A DNA stretch of 44,053 nt from a virus (lineage: Duplodnaviria; Heunggongvirae; Uroviricota; Caudoviricetes), in IMG/VR virus record IMGVR_UViG_2597489870_000002, positions 1-44,053 of that record, one strand, 5' to 3'. The notes below the pieces were generated by a model. The model had not been told where the DNA came from. It was given only the letters and a program-made list of their open reading frames with translations, and made no database searches. Of the stretch, positions 1 to 8,802 are shown one piece after another (position 1 is the first letter of the stretch; each line of letters starts with the position of its first letter). Position numbers and translations under genes: made by a program.

Positions 1-1257
1 GTGCTTACCGATACAAAATTAAAAAACCTCAAGCCACAGGACAAACTGTACAAAGTTTCCGATCGTGACGGGCTGTATGTAGCTGTGCTTACGTCAGGTA
101 CGGTCTCGTTTCGCTATGACTACCGTATCAACGGTCGCCGCGAAACACTGGTAATCGGGCAGTATGGGCGTGACGGTATCAGCCTGGCAGAAGCGCGAGA
201 AGAACTGATTGCTGCAAAGAAGCTGCTTAAAGCAGGCCAGTCGCCGGCTGCGGCTAAACGTGACGGTATCAAAAAGATTCGTGGTGCCGAGACGTTTGCG
301 GTACATACCGACAGTTATATGAAACACGTCATCCTGGCTGAAAGTACCCGTGCAATGAAGCAGGCGGTGATCGACCGTGACATACTTCCGGTTCTTGGCA
401 ACAAAATGATGGCTGAAATTACCACATCGATGGTTCGTGATTTGTGTGACCGGATTGTCGAACGCGGTGGTCGGGCAACAGCAGTACAGGCCAGGGAGAT
501 CATCAGCAGCGTATACCGTCACGCCAATGACCGTGGTCATGGTTTGTTTAATCCTGCTGCTGACATTAAACCTTCGTCTATCGCCATATTTAAACCACGA
601 GAGCGAACACTGACACCAGAAGAAATTGGTCTGTTCTTCCGCACGCTGGATGCCATTGGTGCTATGGGCACTATGAAAATGGCTTTAAAGCTGGTGCTTA
701 TCACTATGGTTCGTAAAGGCGAATTCACCAATGCAACGTGGGATGAAATAGATTTTAAAAAATGGACATGGACAATTCCTTCAGACCGCATGAAGGGAAG
801 CCGGGCGCATGTTATTTACCTGCCTAAACAGGCTCAGGATATATTGGTCGGGTTGCAGATGTGCGCTGGTGGAAGTGAATATCTGGTTCCTGGTCGTTAC
901 AATTTCAGGAAGCCATTATCTAATGCCGCGCTGAACTCTCTGATCGACAGAACGGTGAAAATAATAAATGAAGATGGTGAGCATATTCAGGACTTCACCG
1001 TACACGATATGCGCCGTACAGCCAGTACGTTGTTGCATGAGGCTGGTTATCCTTCAGACTGGATTGAAAAGGCTCTGGCACATGAGCAGAAAGGTGTGCG
1101 CGCCGTATATAACAAAGCGGAATACGCCAGACAGCGCGCCTACATGTTGCAGCAGTGGTCCGATATGATTGATTCCTGGATTAACGGGGAGCATACGGAT
1201 CTGATTCCGTTCTCCCCGTCGAAGTTTGAGAGGTGGATGGAAGGCAGTAATAAATAA
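1..1257 (+). CDS. int: Phage integrase, tyrosine recombinase (P4-type with N-terminal arm-binding domain)
   Basis: 418-aa ORF with a GTG start at the window edge. N-terminus MLTDTKLKNLKP..YKVSDRDGLYV is typical of P4-like integrases. C-terminal catalytic signature HDMRRT..LAHE..VY. Confidence 0.9.
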   Translation: MLTDTKLKNLKPQDKLYKVSDRDGLYVAVLTSGTVSFRYDYRINGRRETLVIGQYGRDGISLAEAREELIAAKKLLKAGQSPAAAKRDGIKKIRGAETFAVHTDSYMKHVILAESTRAMKQAVIDRDILPVLGNKMMAEITTSMVRDLCDRIVERGGRATAVQAREIISSVYRHANDRGHGLFNPAADIKPSSIAIFKPRERTLTPEEIGLFFRTLDAIGAMGTMKMALKLVLITMVRKGEFTNATWDEIDFKKWTWTIPSDRMKGSRAHVIYLPKQAQDILVGLQMCAGGSEYLVPGRYNFRKPLSNAALNSLIDRTVKIINEDGEHIQDFTVHDMRRTASTLLHEAGYPSDWIEKALAHEQKGVRAVYNKAEYARQRAYMLQQWSDMIDSWINGEHTDLIPFSPSKFERWMEGSNK

Positions 1258-1259
1258 TT

Positions 1260-1919
1260 CTATCCTTCCTGGACTTTGGTAAGCGTCAGATTTCCGCAGA
1301 ACACTGCGCCGGTGTCGATGTACATCTGGTTTGCATACACCAGTGGGTGATGTGCTGGCGTATGACCGAAGATGAACAAATCGGCACCGGTTATCTCCGA
1401 GACAATACCGTCCTGCGCGTCGCTAACCCGCTCACGATTCCATATCACCATTTCTTCCGGTACTGGCTTATCGAATGCGTATTCGTTGTGCGGGTAGTCT
1501 GCGTGGCAGATGACGACCTTCTTATTGCCGGTAACCAGTTCGATAATCATCGGGAGGTTGGTAATCTTTGGCAGAAGGTATTTGAGTTGCACATCCTGCT
1601 CAGAATCAAGTTGGTGCCACCATCCACCGCCGTTTGACATCCAATGTCCGAAACTTCCGCCGTTGACCAGTGCATCCAGCATCATCTGCTCATGGTTGCC
1701 ACGAACAGCTCGGAACCACGGCATAGTAATCAAATCCAGGCATTCGACGTTTTCAGCGCCGCGGTCAACAAGGTCACCAACGGAAATAAGCAAATCTCGC
1801 GCCGGGTCGAATGAAACTTTGTCGAGTTCGTTCATCAGCAGCGTGTAGCACCCATGCAGATCGCCGACGACGAAGATATTGCACCAGTCATCGCCATTGA
1901 TGCGTTGATATAGGTTCAT
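1260..1919 (-). CDS. Ser/Thr protein phosphatase (lambda-PPase / PrpA-like metallophosphoesterase)
   Basis: Motifs GDLHGC, GDLVDRG and RGNHE. The likely ATG at 1919 (MNLYQRING) forms an ATGA overlap with the upstream gene's stop at 1916. Convergent with int, leaving only a 2-nt gap. Confidence 0.85.
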   Translation of the reverse strand: MNLYQRINGDDWCNIFVVGDLHGCYTLLMNELDKVSFDPARDLLISVGDLVDRGAENVECLDLITMPWFRAVRGNHEQMMLDALVNGGSFGHWMSNGGGWWHQLDSEQDVQLKYLLPKITNLPMIIELVTGNKKVVICHADYPHNEYAFDKPVPEEMVIWNRERVSDAQDGIVSEITGADLFIFGHTPAHHPLVYANQMYIDTGAVFCGNLTLTKVQEG

Positions 1920-2566
1920 GCTACACGCTCCCGCCCCTGGTTGTCTGTTGGTGACAGCGGAGCATTGCTGAATGCATTTGTTAATCTGGCAATATCCAAC
2001 GCGTATCCAGGGTGTAGTTGCACTGCTGGGTCTTCGCACTGATTACCCCAAACATCGAAGCCATGAGACGACTGGCGGGCGAACAGTTCAATGCGAGAAA
2101 CATCGCCTAACAATTGCACAAGTTTTTCACGAACGACATCTGGTTTTCTTGAATGCTCAAGCCGCGGTGCGGTAAATGACTGAACGATACCTGCATTAAT
2201 GCGCGGAGGTAGTTTTCCCTTTACTGCAAACAGGCAATCTTCACTATTGGCGCGAGTCATGTGACCCATACCCATAACCAGTTTATCTGGTTGTCGACTA
2301 CCACATTTTATCCACGTGAATCCCTTCATGGTCATCAGACGGAATCCCCAGGCTTCAACAACTTTTAGTGCTTCGAGTGGTTGTGTTGGCACCCACCACA
2401 TGGCCAACAGACAGTTTTCATCGGCCAAATCCCACACAGGAAGGCGGCAGATATCCAGCACACTCATAACCGGATATTTAAAACCGGCACCGCGATTACC
2501 ATCTGCGGCTTTGTCCCGGTATACCCAGGGTGGATCTGCATAGATTAGTGTGTATTTCTTAGTCAT
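1916..2566 (-). CDS. MT-A70 family DNA N6-adenine methyltransferase
   Basis: DPPW motif in ..[15 protein letters not shown]... The rest of the sequence is MT-A70-like. The ATG at 2566 (MTKKYTL) is preceded by GGGGTGG; the track start at 2578 is a GTG. Confidence 0.8.
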   Translation of the reverse strand: MTKKYTLIYADPPWVYRDKAADGNRGAGFKYPVMSVLDICRLPVWDLADENCLLAMWWVPTQPLEALKVVEAWGFRLMTMKGFTWIKCGSRQPDKLVMGMGHMTRANSEDCLFAVKGKLPPRINAGIVQSFTAPRLEHSRKPDVVREKLVQLLGDVSRIELFARQSSHGFDVWGNQCEDPAVQLHPGYALDIARLTNAFSNAPLSPTDNQGRERVA

Positions 2567-2858
2567 AAACCACCCCACAACATCCTATGCCGCTATAGTC
2601 GCCACGGCGAAGGCCGTTACCTTTTGTGATACATTGGTCCCTGCGAACCGCGATCCTTGCACGCTCAACATCACCAGAAGCAACATCCATACACTGAAGC
2701 CAAAGGTGGGCGGCAATGCGGAACTGCCCTTTTTTCTCTCTTTCAATCGCGCGTTTTTCGATCTCTATCGCCGCAGGAGAAACGGCAACAACCTTTGAAG
2801 GGCTGCGCATTGAAACCTTGTTCATGTGATATTTTTCAAGTCTGCTTAACTTTCTCAC
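2559..2858 (-). CDS. Small hypothetical protein, possibly an ANR/PerC-like regulator
   Basis: 99-aa ORF in the leftward operon that overlaps the methylase start. The segment KKGQFRIAAHLWLQCMDVA..ERARIAVRRDQC resembles small ANR-type regulators; this is a weak recollection only. Confidence 0.5.
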   Translation of the reverse strand: MRKLSRLEKYHMNKVSMRSPSKVVAVSPAAIEIEKRAIEREKKGQFRIAAHLWLQCMDVASGDVERARIAVRRDQCITKGNGLRRGDYSGIGCCGVVYD

Positions 2859-2942
2859 TTAATCCAACCCTCTCTGAAAATTAATGCCAGCAGATAAAGC
2901 CATGCTGAAACAGAGGCCAGGAATAAGTACCATCATGACCAT
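2859..2942 (-). CDS. Candidate 27-aa hydrophobic peptide
   Basis: Hand translation gives MVMMVLIPGLCFSMALSAGINFQRGLD. Its TAA stop directly abuts the GTG start at 2858. Too short to appear in the ORF track. Confidence 0.2.
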   Translation of the reverse strand: MVMMVLIPGLCFSMALSAGINFQRGLD

Positions 2943-2967
2943 TTGCTCCAGTGCCTTAGCAGCGCAC

Positions 2968-3216
2968 TCATGCAGCGTTGCTCACAGGACGATAGACACG
3001 TTGCTGAACAGGAGGTTTTTTACCCTGGAACTCTGCCGGGCTTGCTGCCTGACGTTCATCAAGCCAACGCTCAACTTCATCACGGTTCCATGCGCAGCGT
3101 TTATCGGTGATATACCAGCGTTTAGGAAATTCCCCTGCGCGCTCCATACGGTCGATAGTGCTCCATGACAGTGGAACCACCGCCAGGAGTTCCTTCTTAC
3201 CTAATGCACCTTTCAT
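2968..3216 (-). CDS. AlpA-family DNA-binding protein / putative excisionase
   Basis: 82 aa. LSWSTIDRMERAGEFPKRWYITDKRCAWNRDEVERWL matches the AlpA/Xis-type HTH pattern. Confidence 0.75.
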   Translation of the reverse strand: MKGALGKKELLAVVPLSWSTIDRMERAGEFPKRWYITDKRCAWNRDEVERWLDERQAASPAEFQGKKPPVQQRVYRPVSNAA

Positions 3217-3265
3217 AAATACCTCTCTTGGTTGCAGTGCGGCGCGCGTGGCGCCGCGGTGGTGG

Positions 3266-4207
3266 TTACATAGATGTTTCGTTTAATTCTTCCCGACGAA
3301 CGCTGTAAACGTCGGTGGCTTTTGCCAGCAGTTCGTCATCATCTGAAAGTTTTTGTGCAATGTATTTGTAAGCCTTATCCAGTTCGGAGACAGTGCTGTA
3401 ATTCATCGCTGCGCTGGTAAAGGCCATCAGCATTTCTTCTGGATCACGGCTATCCGATTTACGCGTTTGCTCATCAGGCTTTTTCGCTGGTTTAGCGTTG
3501 ATCAGACTGTTCATTCCCGCAGCAGTGGTCGTTTGCGGAGTAATGTCTCGCTCAACGCGCGGTGCCGTTTCCTGTAATTCGTCTGGGGTGTAGACGCCCA
3601 TGATTACGTCAGGACAGTGCAGGCGAGACCAGCGTTTTGTCGCAAGGTATGCGAGTTGTTGTTTCGGATCACTGGCCCAAAGTGTGGAGTTTCTTACCTG
3701 TGCTTGAGACAGCATTAACTCAAGCACTCGAGGTTGATCCTCGCCCTTCATGGTTGCCCATACGCGAACACCGCAGCCTTCTTCGTCTTTTAGAGTCCAG
3801 CCTGGTGCGATATATGGATTGCCGTTTTTGGATGTTTTCTCAACAAACTTACCGATCACGCGTTCCCACGGCCCAAACCACTCGTAGTTGATGCGATCTT
3901 TTGTTGGCGACATCGTTGAGATAACTGCGTTTACTAATTGGGCTTCATAACCTAGCGTGCCGTTCACAACATGGGTTTTCTGAGCCACGGCAAACGGGTT
4001 CATTCCCCACTGCGCAGCCTGCATTGCCACGGCCATGCAATCAGCTGATTTCCCGGCGAGGTGCGCCGGTACCGTTACGCGGCTTTGCGCCATTACCTCG
4101 GCGAATTTCATCAGTTGGTTCAAGCCGTCTGGGCTGAAAATAGTTGCAGCAGTTCCAGCGATTGCTGTGTCTACTGGTGCGTTGATGTTTGCGATGTCGT
4201 TGCTCAT
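3266..4207 (-). CDS. recT: RecT-family single-strand annealing recombinase
   Basis: RecT-like core (AVAMQAAQWGMNPFAVAQKTHVVNGTLGYEAQLVNAVI). The ATG at 4207 (MSNDIAN) overlaps the stop of the upstream exonuclease gene (ATGA). Confidence 0.8.
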   Translation of the reverse strand: MSNDIANINAPVDTAIAGTAATIFSPDGLNQLMKFAEVMAQSRVTVPAHLAGKSADCMAVAMQAAQWGMNPFAVAQKTHVVNGTLGYEAQLVNAVISTMSPTKDRINYEWFGPWERVIGKFVEKTSKNGNPYIAPGWTLKDEEGCGVRVWATMKGEDQPRVLELMLSQAQVRNSTLWASDPKQQLAYLATKRWSRLHCPDVIMGVYTPDELQETAPRVERDITPQTTTAAGMNSLINAKPAKKPDEQTRKSDSRDPEEMLMAFTSAAMNYSTVSELDKAYKYIAQKLSDDDELLAKATDVYSVRREELNETSM

Positions 4208-5025
4208 ATGTACATATCCTGTTTGCGTGCCCACTCAGGGCGTTTAATGATTTCCACACCGCCCCATTCATCATTGATGCGGCATTCGTGATAGGTATTC
4301 AGATCCCGGCGGAACAGAGCGTGCCCGGCATCGACATCCTGCGCATCCAGCTCGAACACGCGTACCGGATACCGACCACAATCAATGCTTTCGCTCACGG
4401 CAAGAAAGAAAAAACCATGCGGCTGACCAGTAACCCTCATTGCGCCTTCGCGGTACATTGCGTCCTGCACGTGGTAGCGGAATTCCTCGATGTGGCGTGC
4501 AAAACGGTCCATATCTGCAACCTTTTTCACGTCGACGATCACGTTGTGCTCGTTCAGCCATTTGTCTGGACGAATTCGGCACAACTCACCCGTCTCTTCA
4601 TCGTTCCAGTACATTGATGCTTCGCAGTAACCAGGTGCTTCCAACATCCAGCGTGCCGCCGGGTGAGCCATTGCGCTATCACGCATCAGCTCCAGTTTCC
4701 GCCACTGCTCGGCATCAAGTACCGTAATCCCCATATCCGCCACATCACGAAGAAATGCCTCTTCGTCAGCTTTACCTTGTTTCGTCCGACGATCGAATTT
4801 CGGTGAAACAATGAAGCGTTTGTCGAACTCTCTAGGCTCCAGAAGCAGACAGTGCAATGCGGTTCCCATATCCAGTGCAGACTTTTTCTCTTCGTCTTCT
4901 GGTGCTGCCTGAACCCATTTAAGAAGCGCCGGATTCTTGGCAACCATGTCCAGTTGCGACTTACTCACGCCGTCACCGGCGTGGTAGTCCTCATTGCTGA
5001 TGTCGAAATAGATGCCAGTATTCAT
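4204..5025 (-). CDS. RecE-like PD-(D/E)XK exonuclease (exonuclease VIII C-terminal domain type)
   Basis: 273 aa. The N-terminus MNTGIYFDISNEDYHAGDGVSKSQL.. is typical of RecE-like / DUF3799 nucleases. Translationally coupled to recT. Confidence 0.7.
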   Translation of the reverse strand: MNTGIYFDISNEDYHAGDGVSKSQLDMVAKNPALLKWVQAAPEDEEKKSALDMGTALHCLLLEPREFDKRFIVSPKFDRRTKQGKADEEAFLRDVADMGITVLDAEQWRKLELMRDSAMAHPAARWMLEAPGYCEASMYWNDEETGELCRIRPDKWLNEHNVIVDVKKVADMDRFARHIEEFRYHVQDAMYREGAMRVTGQPHGFFFLAVSESIDCGRYPVRVFELDAQDVDAGHALFRRDLNTYHECRINDEWGGVEIIKRPEWARKQDMYI

Positions 5026-5228
5026 AACTTAACCTTGTATTCGTTCTGCTTGTTGGAACGGGTTCCATCGTGGAAATATATTGCGCTCCTGGTTACCTCT
5101 ACCCATTTGCGACGTTCAAGCTCAGCGATGAACCAAGAAACCTTCGATCTTGAGATACCAAGAATCTTTGCCATATCTCGGATGCTGTGTTTTCCACCTC
5201 GCAGCAATGAGAGGAGTGTTGGTTTCAT
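5022..5228 (-). CDS. Small winged-HTH protein
   Basis: 68 aa with SIRDMAKILGISRSKVSWFIAELERRKWV. Start and stop both overlap the neighbouring genes. Confidence 0.6.
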   Translation of the reverse strand: MKPTLLSLLRGGKHSIRDMAKILGISRSKVSWFIAELERRKWVEVTRSAIYFHDGTRSNKQNEYKVKL

Positions 5229-5524
5229 GCCGCGTCCCTCTGCCCATCAAGCTGATCAGCCAGATCCCAGCGGGCGATAATTGCCATTGCCTCGCGCCGG
5301 TAGGCATCCATTAGTTCTTCGAACTCAGGGCTGTCTTTAGCGGCCTCCAGTACTTCCTGGCGAACGCCTTTAACTGTTACAACGTCGAAAGTTGATGCCA
5401 GTTGATGAAGCCGGATACTCTCAATCAGTTCGACTTGTCGGTCATATAGCTGTTCTGACAGGCGGTAGTCCTTGTCGAATTCCAGCATGATTTTTTGAAG
5501 ATTTTTCTGCTGATTAACGTTCAT
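5225..5524 (-). CDS. Hypothetical early protein
   Basis: ORF 5225..5539. The ATG at 5524 is preceded by GGGAGGG. Lies in the operon with coupled boundaries. Confidence 0.6.
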   Translation of the reverse strand: MNVNQQKNLQKIMLEFDKDYRLSEQLYDRQVELIESIRLHQLASTFDVVTVKGVRQEVLEAAKDSPEFEELMDAYRREAMAIIARWDLADQLDGQRDAA

Positions 5525-5526
5525 TA

Positions 5527-5679
5527 TCAGCCCTCCCATATCTCGTTATCGTTGGCCACATCGCGAGCTTCTTTGCTGACGAAAGCCCACTTAATGCCTT
5601 CCTGTAAGGTGCGGAACTTCCAGCTCATGAATCCGCATGCAGTAACGCAGTACCAACCGTTGATGATTTTCCACTGCAT
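5527..5679 (-). CDS. Hypothetical 50-aa protein, first gene of the leftward early operon
   Basis: Hand translation begins MQWKIINGWYCVTACGFMSWKF.. The SD GAGGTAA lies 9 nt upstream, and the stop is coupled to the next start (TGATAATG). Below the track's size cut-off. Confidence 0.45.
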   Translation of the reverse strand: MQWKIINGWYCVTACGFMSWKFRTLQEGIKWAFVSKEARDVANDNEIWEG

Positions 5680-5697
5680 AACTTGTTACCTCGGTCT

Positions 5698-5776
5698 GTT
5701 ACCGTTGAGGTAATGATTATGCGTATTTGGTTTGGTGTCAATAGATATGAGTTAAAAAAATTACCCTTAAGGTAAT
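5698..5776. promoter_or_regulatory. Two ATTACC-N5-GGTAAT operators flanking a putative leftward early promoter
   Basis: GTTACCGTTGAGGTAAT (5698-5714) and a perfect ATTACCCTTAAGGTAAT (5760-5776). Between them, GGTGTCAATAG (5734-5744) has a complement containing TTGACA. An ATTTGGTT box lies at 5725-5732. Confidence 0.6.
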
Positions 5777-5786
5777 TGTGCAGGCA

Positions 5787-5811
5787 ATAAAAAAGCCGCC
5801 AGAAGGCGGCT
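5787..5811 (-). terminator. Rho-independent terminator after the repressor gene
   Basis: Stem AGCCGCC / GGCGGCT with loop AGAA. On the minus strand it is followed by a T-run (TTTTTTATT). Confidence 0.8.
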
Positions 5812-5832
5812 TACTTACTGAAAAATATGATT

Positions 5833-6417
5833 TTATTGTTTGTTTTTTTCGTTCTGGTTGATGACAAATTCAATGTAACTTTCGATCTTTGCTTTCTCGG
5901 TTTCGGGTAACAATGCGTAGCGCGAGCGGTCATAGTTGATGGTCGCAGGGTCGTGCGGGTGAATCAGTAATTCATAGCCGTGACGCCCGAATGCGGATGC
6001 AACATTCTCCAGGGTGGAAATGGAAACGCTGACCTCATTGTTTAACAGGCGGCTGATTGTCACCTGGGCGACGCCGGATGCGCGGTGAAGTTTTCCCTGT
6101 GTTGAAAGGTCGCGGCTTTCGCTCATCCAGCGTTCCAGGTTGTGAGCCGCCAGCTGACCTATATCGCTCGGGCCGACAGGCTGAAAACCTTCCTGAGAAA
6201 GCGAGCGATCGATATCAAGCCAGTTACGGGGTTTATTGGCGGCAGCTTCAATTTTTCGCGCAACCTGGTCGCCGATAACCTTCTTGCCAAGAGCCCAGCG
6301 GTTTACCAGATTTGCCTGAGTTCCAAGTTTTTCTGCCATCCGCGTCTGAACACCATTGAATTCACGGTCGATCAAGTCGTTGAGATTTTGCCTGCGGACG
6401 TCCTGGATACTTTTCAT
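5833..6417 (-). CDS. Prophage repressor candidate with two XRE-type HTH domains and no obvious S24 peptidase domain
   Basis: 194 aa. HTH1 is QTRMAEKLGTQANLVNRWALGKK and HTH2 is LHRASGVAQVTISRLLNNEVSVSISTLENVASAF. Divergent from the cro-like gene across an operator-rich spacer. Confidence 0.7.
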   Translation of the reverse strand: MKSIQDVRRQNLNDLIDREFNGVQTRMAEKLGTQANLVNRWALGKKVIGDQVARKIEAAANKPRNWLDIDRSLSQEGFQPVGPSDIGQLAAHNLERWMSESRDLSTQGKLHRASGVAQVTISRLLNNEVSVSISTLENVASAFGRHGYELLIHPHDPATINYDRSRYALLPETEKAKIESYIEFVINQNEKNKQ

Positions 6418-6471
6418 TTTCTGGAAAATCGCCTCATATATGAATCAGTAGATGATTCAATTTAAAGCAAT

Positions 6472-6536
6472 ATTACCCAACAGGTAAATGCACCCCATAG
6501 GTAACTATCCTTGATTTTTGTTACCTTATGGGTGAA
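6472..6536. promoter_or_regulatory. Immunity-region operators (three palindrome copies)
   Basis: ATTACCCAACAGGTAAA (6472-6488) abuts TGCACCCCATAGGTAAC (6489-6505). GTTACCTTATGGGTGAA (6520-6536) lies between a TTGTTA -35-like hexamer and a TATTAT -10-like hexamer for the rightward gene. Confidence 0.6.
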
Positions 6537-6571
6537 TATTTATTATCTGAAATAAATATCAGGCAATAGCT

Positions 6572-6802
6572 ATGAGCGATAACGGACATTTCGATTTCAA
6601 AAAGCACTGGCTTGCACTTACTCCGGATGAGCGTGAAGCCTTCGCACAGGAAGCCGGAACGACGAGTCACTATATCCAGACTCACTTAACAGGTAAGCGC
6701 AAAATGCCAGGTAAGGTATTGATGAATGGGCTTTTTAAAGCCTGTAAAACAAGACAATGGCTGCGCTCAAAAGCAGAACTGGCATACTTCTTCTACTCAT
6801 GA
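6572..6802 (+). CDS. Cro-like small DNA-binding protein
   Basis: 76 aa, divergent from the repressor. AQEAGTTSHYIQTHLTGKRKMP is HTH-like. Confidence 0.6.
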   Translation: MSDNGHFDFKKHWLALTPDEREAFAQEAGTTSHYIQTHLTGKRKMPGKVLMNGLFKACKTRQWLRSKAELAYFFYS

Positions 6803-6823
6803 TATCCAGCCACAACCCTCTGT

Positions 6824-6847
6824 AGACCGCCATCCGGCGGTCTTTTC
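6824..6847 (+). terminator. Rho-independent terminator after the cro-like gene
   Basis: Stem AGACCGCC / GGCGGTCT with loop ATCC, followed by TTTTC. Confidence 0.7.
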
Positions 6848-6856
6848 ATATCTATT

Positions 6857-6891
6857 CGTACCTCAAAGGTAATAAAAAACCAAATGTGGTT
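6857..6891 (+). promoter_or_regulatory. Palindrome plus ATGTGGTT box
   Basis: CGTACCTCAAAGGTAAT (6857-6873), then ATGTGGTT (6884-6891) embedded in AACCAAATGTGGTT. Confidence 0.5.
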
Positions 6892-6953
6892 GATCTTTTT
6901 TTTGTGTCAGCACAAAATAACCGTAATCCCAATACTAATAACAGGGCTTACCA

Positions 6954-7153
6954 TGGAAATCATTACACGTATTGATGCCGCAAAGCGCGGACTTAAACGC
7001 TATTACACCGGAAAACAATGTAAGCACGGACATGACAGTGAACGCTGGGTTTACAACGGACACTGTGTTGAGTGCACCATGGAATCAAACCGTCGCATCA
7101 GGGCAGAGATTAAGCAGATCATGATTAATTCCTCCCCACAACACTCAAGCTGA
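6954..7153 (+). CDS. Small Cys/His-rich (zinc-ribbon-like) protein
   Basis: The internal ATG at 6954 (MEIITRIDAAKRGLKRYYTGKQCKHGHDSERWVYNGHCVECT) is preferred over the track start at 6884, which is part of a regulatory motif. Confidence 0.55.
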
Positions 7154-7168
7154 TAGCGGAGATTAATC

Positions 7169-7984
7169 ATGAGCAGACATGCAACAGATTGGGCTTGGGA
7201 GACAGATCCAGGCAGCTCATCATTAAAGCTCATACTGCTCTCGATGGCTGACAGAGCCGATGAATATAACCTCTGCTACCCCAGCATAGAACGCCTCGTT
7301 AAAGACACTTGCCTGAATAAAAAAACCGTGCAGGCCGGGCTTATATCGCTCATGAAAATGGGGCTTATTTCAGATACCGGAGAGAGAAAGGGAGCGACAA
7401 AAAGAGTGCGGGTTTTCTCTCTTAATATAACCAAAAACGGGAACATTAAAGGCAACCGAGAGGGGGTCAATGAACCCGAAAACGGTAATGTTACCGAAAA
7501 CGGGAATATACCCAAAAACGGGATGTTGAATGATCCCAAAAACGGGATGTTGAATGATCCCAAAAACGGGATCCAGAACCAGTCATATAACCAGTCATTT
7601 AACCAAGAGAGGGAGAGCAGGACAAAAAACGGGGATTCTGTGCATCATGACCCCGGCGCAAACAACGCCGTGATGAATAACTTTGTTCCTCTTGGTGGGC
7701 CAGGGCAATTAGGCAAATTTGTCATGCATGAACAATGGCAGCCATCAGATGACTTTCTTCGGAAAAGCTCATTGCAGGGGATCTACCTGGACAGTCTGCC
7801 AACGGCACAGGAACTTGCAGAGTTCAGAATTTACTGGATGGCTGAGGGTAAGGCATACCATCAGGCACAGTGGGAGCAGAAGCTGGCAAGGCGGCTGCAG
7901 ATTAGCAGACAGAAGCAATCAACATTACCTGATAACAACGTTCCGCACTGGAACAGCCCTGAAGCATGGGAGGATTTCTTGTGA
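7169..7984 (+). CDS. Replication initiator (lambda O-like role) with N-terminal wHTH
   Basis: 271 aa. The N-terminus ATDWAWETD..LKLILLSMADRADEYNLCYPSIERLVKDTCLNKKTV is typical of phage replication-protein HTH domains. The gene contains the iteron array and is followed by a P-like gene. Confidence 0.7.
   Translation: MSRHATDWAWETDPGSSSLKLILLSMADRADEYNLCYPSIERLVKDTCLNKKTVQAGLISLMKMGLISDTGERKGATKRVRVFSLNITKNGNIKGNREGVNEPENGNVTENGNIPKNGMLNDPKNGMLNDPKNGIQNQSYNQSFNQERESRTKNGDSVHHDPGANNAVMNNFVPLGGPGQLGKFVMHEQWQPSDDFLRKSSLQGIYLDSLPTAQELAEFRIYWMAEGKAYHQAQWEQKLARRLQISRQKQSTLPDNNVPHWNSPEAWEDFL
7430..7605 (+). repeat. Origin-type iterons inside the initiator gene
   Basis: Six copies of CC(A/G)AAAACGG(G/T)A, with ACGG at 7437, 7482, 7500, 7518, 7542 and 7566. 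These include a perfect 24-bp tandem CCCAAAAACGGGATGTTGAATGAT x2 (7511-7558) plus a partial third copy. AACCAGTCATWT x2.5 follows at about 7575-7605. Confidence 0.75.
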
Positions 7985-8766
7985 ACAACGTTTTTACCGC
8001 GATACAAAACCGTGACGGAGAAGCCCTTTCTCGCATGTCAGGTTATGAGCATCAGTACACCAACAATGACAACGTGGTGAACATGTCAGCAGAGAGGCTT
8101 GTTGATGCCCTTTTCAAACAGCTGAAACAACTGTTTCCGGCGGCAGTGGTAACCAACCTGAAGACGCCAGAGCAGGAAGTTGCTGCAAAACAGCAGTGGA
8201 TTGCTGCGTTTGCCGAAGGGGGGATCCGAACCCGTGAACAGGTTTCTGCTGGTATGCGCCACGCCCGCGCCAGCGAATCTCCGTTCTGGCCGTCGCCAGG
8301 GCAATTTATCAAGTGGTGCAAAGACAGCAAGATGGTTCTTGGCGTCACCATTGACGATGTGATGGCGGAGTTTCACCGGTACAGCAAGGAAAAAAGTTTA
8401 TATCCTGGTGGTCCCGAAAGATTCCCGTGGCGGCATCCGGTTATGTACTGGGTCGTATGTGATACCCGCCGTGCAATGTATCAGCGCCAGCTTAGCGAGA
8501 TTGAGGTTGAGAAACACGCGCGCAGGCTGCTCGATGATTGGGCGAAAAAGGTGGCTTCCGGACAGCAGATACCCGATCCGGTGATCAGCATACAGGCAAA
8601 GCCAGAGCCCATGAGTACACCTCCGGACACAGGGAGAGACGTTTACCACCCGCCAGGGCGAAGTTTCGGGTGCATGCCTAACGCCGCCACCCTGGGGGGA
8701 ATAACACCGGCGCAGTGGCTGATGGAGGAATACAGGCGGGGAAAGGCGGCAGGATTTATCAAGTAA
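7981..8766 (+). CDS. Lambda P-like replication protein (helicase loader)
   Basis: Collinear similarity to lambda P from memory: QQWIAAFAEGGIRTREQVSAGMRHARASESPFWPSPGQFIKWCK versus lambda RRQWVLAFRENGITTMEQVNAGMRVARRQNRPFLPSPGQFVAWC. The start is uncertain: GTG at 7981 overlapping the upstream TGA, or ATG at 7966. Confidence 0.8.
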   Translation: MNNVFTAIQNRDGEALSRMSGYEHQYTNNDNVVNMSAERLVDALFKQLKQLFPAAVVTNLKTPEQEVAAKQQWIAAFAEGGIRTREQVSAGMRHARASESPFWPSPGQFIKWCKDSKMVLGVTIDDVMAEFHRYSKEKSLYPGGPERFPWRHPVMYWVVCDTRRAMYQRQLSEIEVEKHARRLLDDWAKKVASGQQIPDPVISIQAKPEPMSTPPDTGRDVYHPPGRSFGCMPNAATLGGITPAQWLMEEYRRGKAAGFIK

Positions 8767-8771
8767 TACCA

Positions 8772-8791
8772 GCGCGATAGCGCATTTTTTT
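8772..8791 (+). terminator. Possible short terminator
   Basis: GCGC-GATA-GCGC followed by seven T residues. The stem is short. Confidence 0.4.
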
Positions 8792-8802
8792 ACGTCTCAA
8801 TA

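Noticed and set aside
6884-6953. N-terminal extension of the 89-aa ORF starting at ATG 6884
   Set aside because: That ATG is part of the recurrent ATGTGGTT box. The extension (MWLIFFLCQHKITVIPILITGLT) covers a T-rich untranslated-looking stretch. The ATG at 6954 gives the conserved-looking Zn-ribbon protein.
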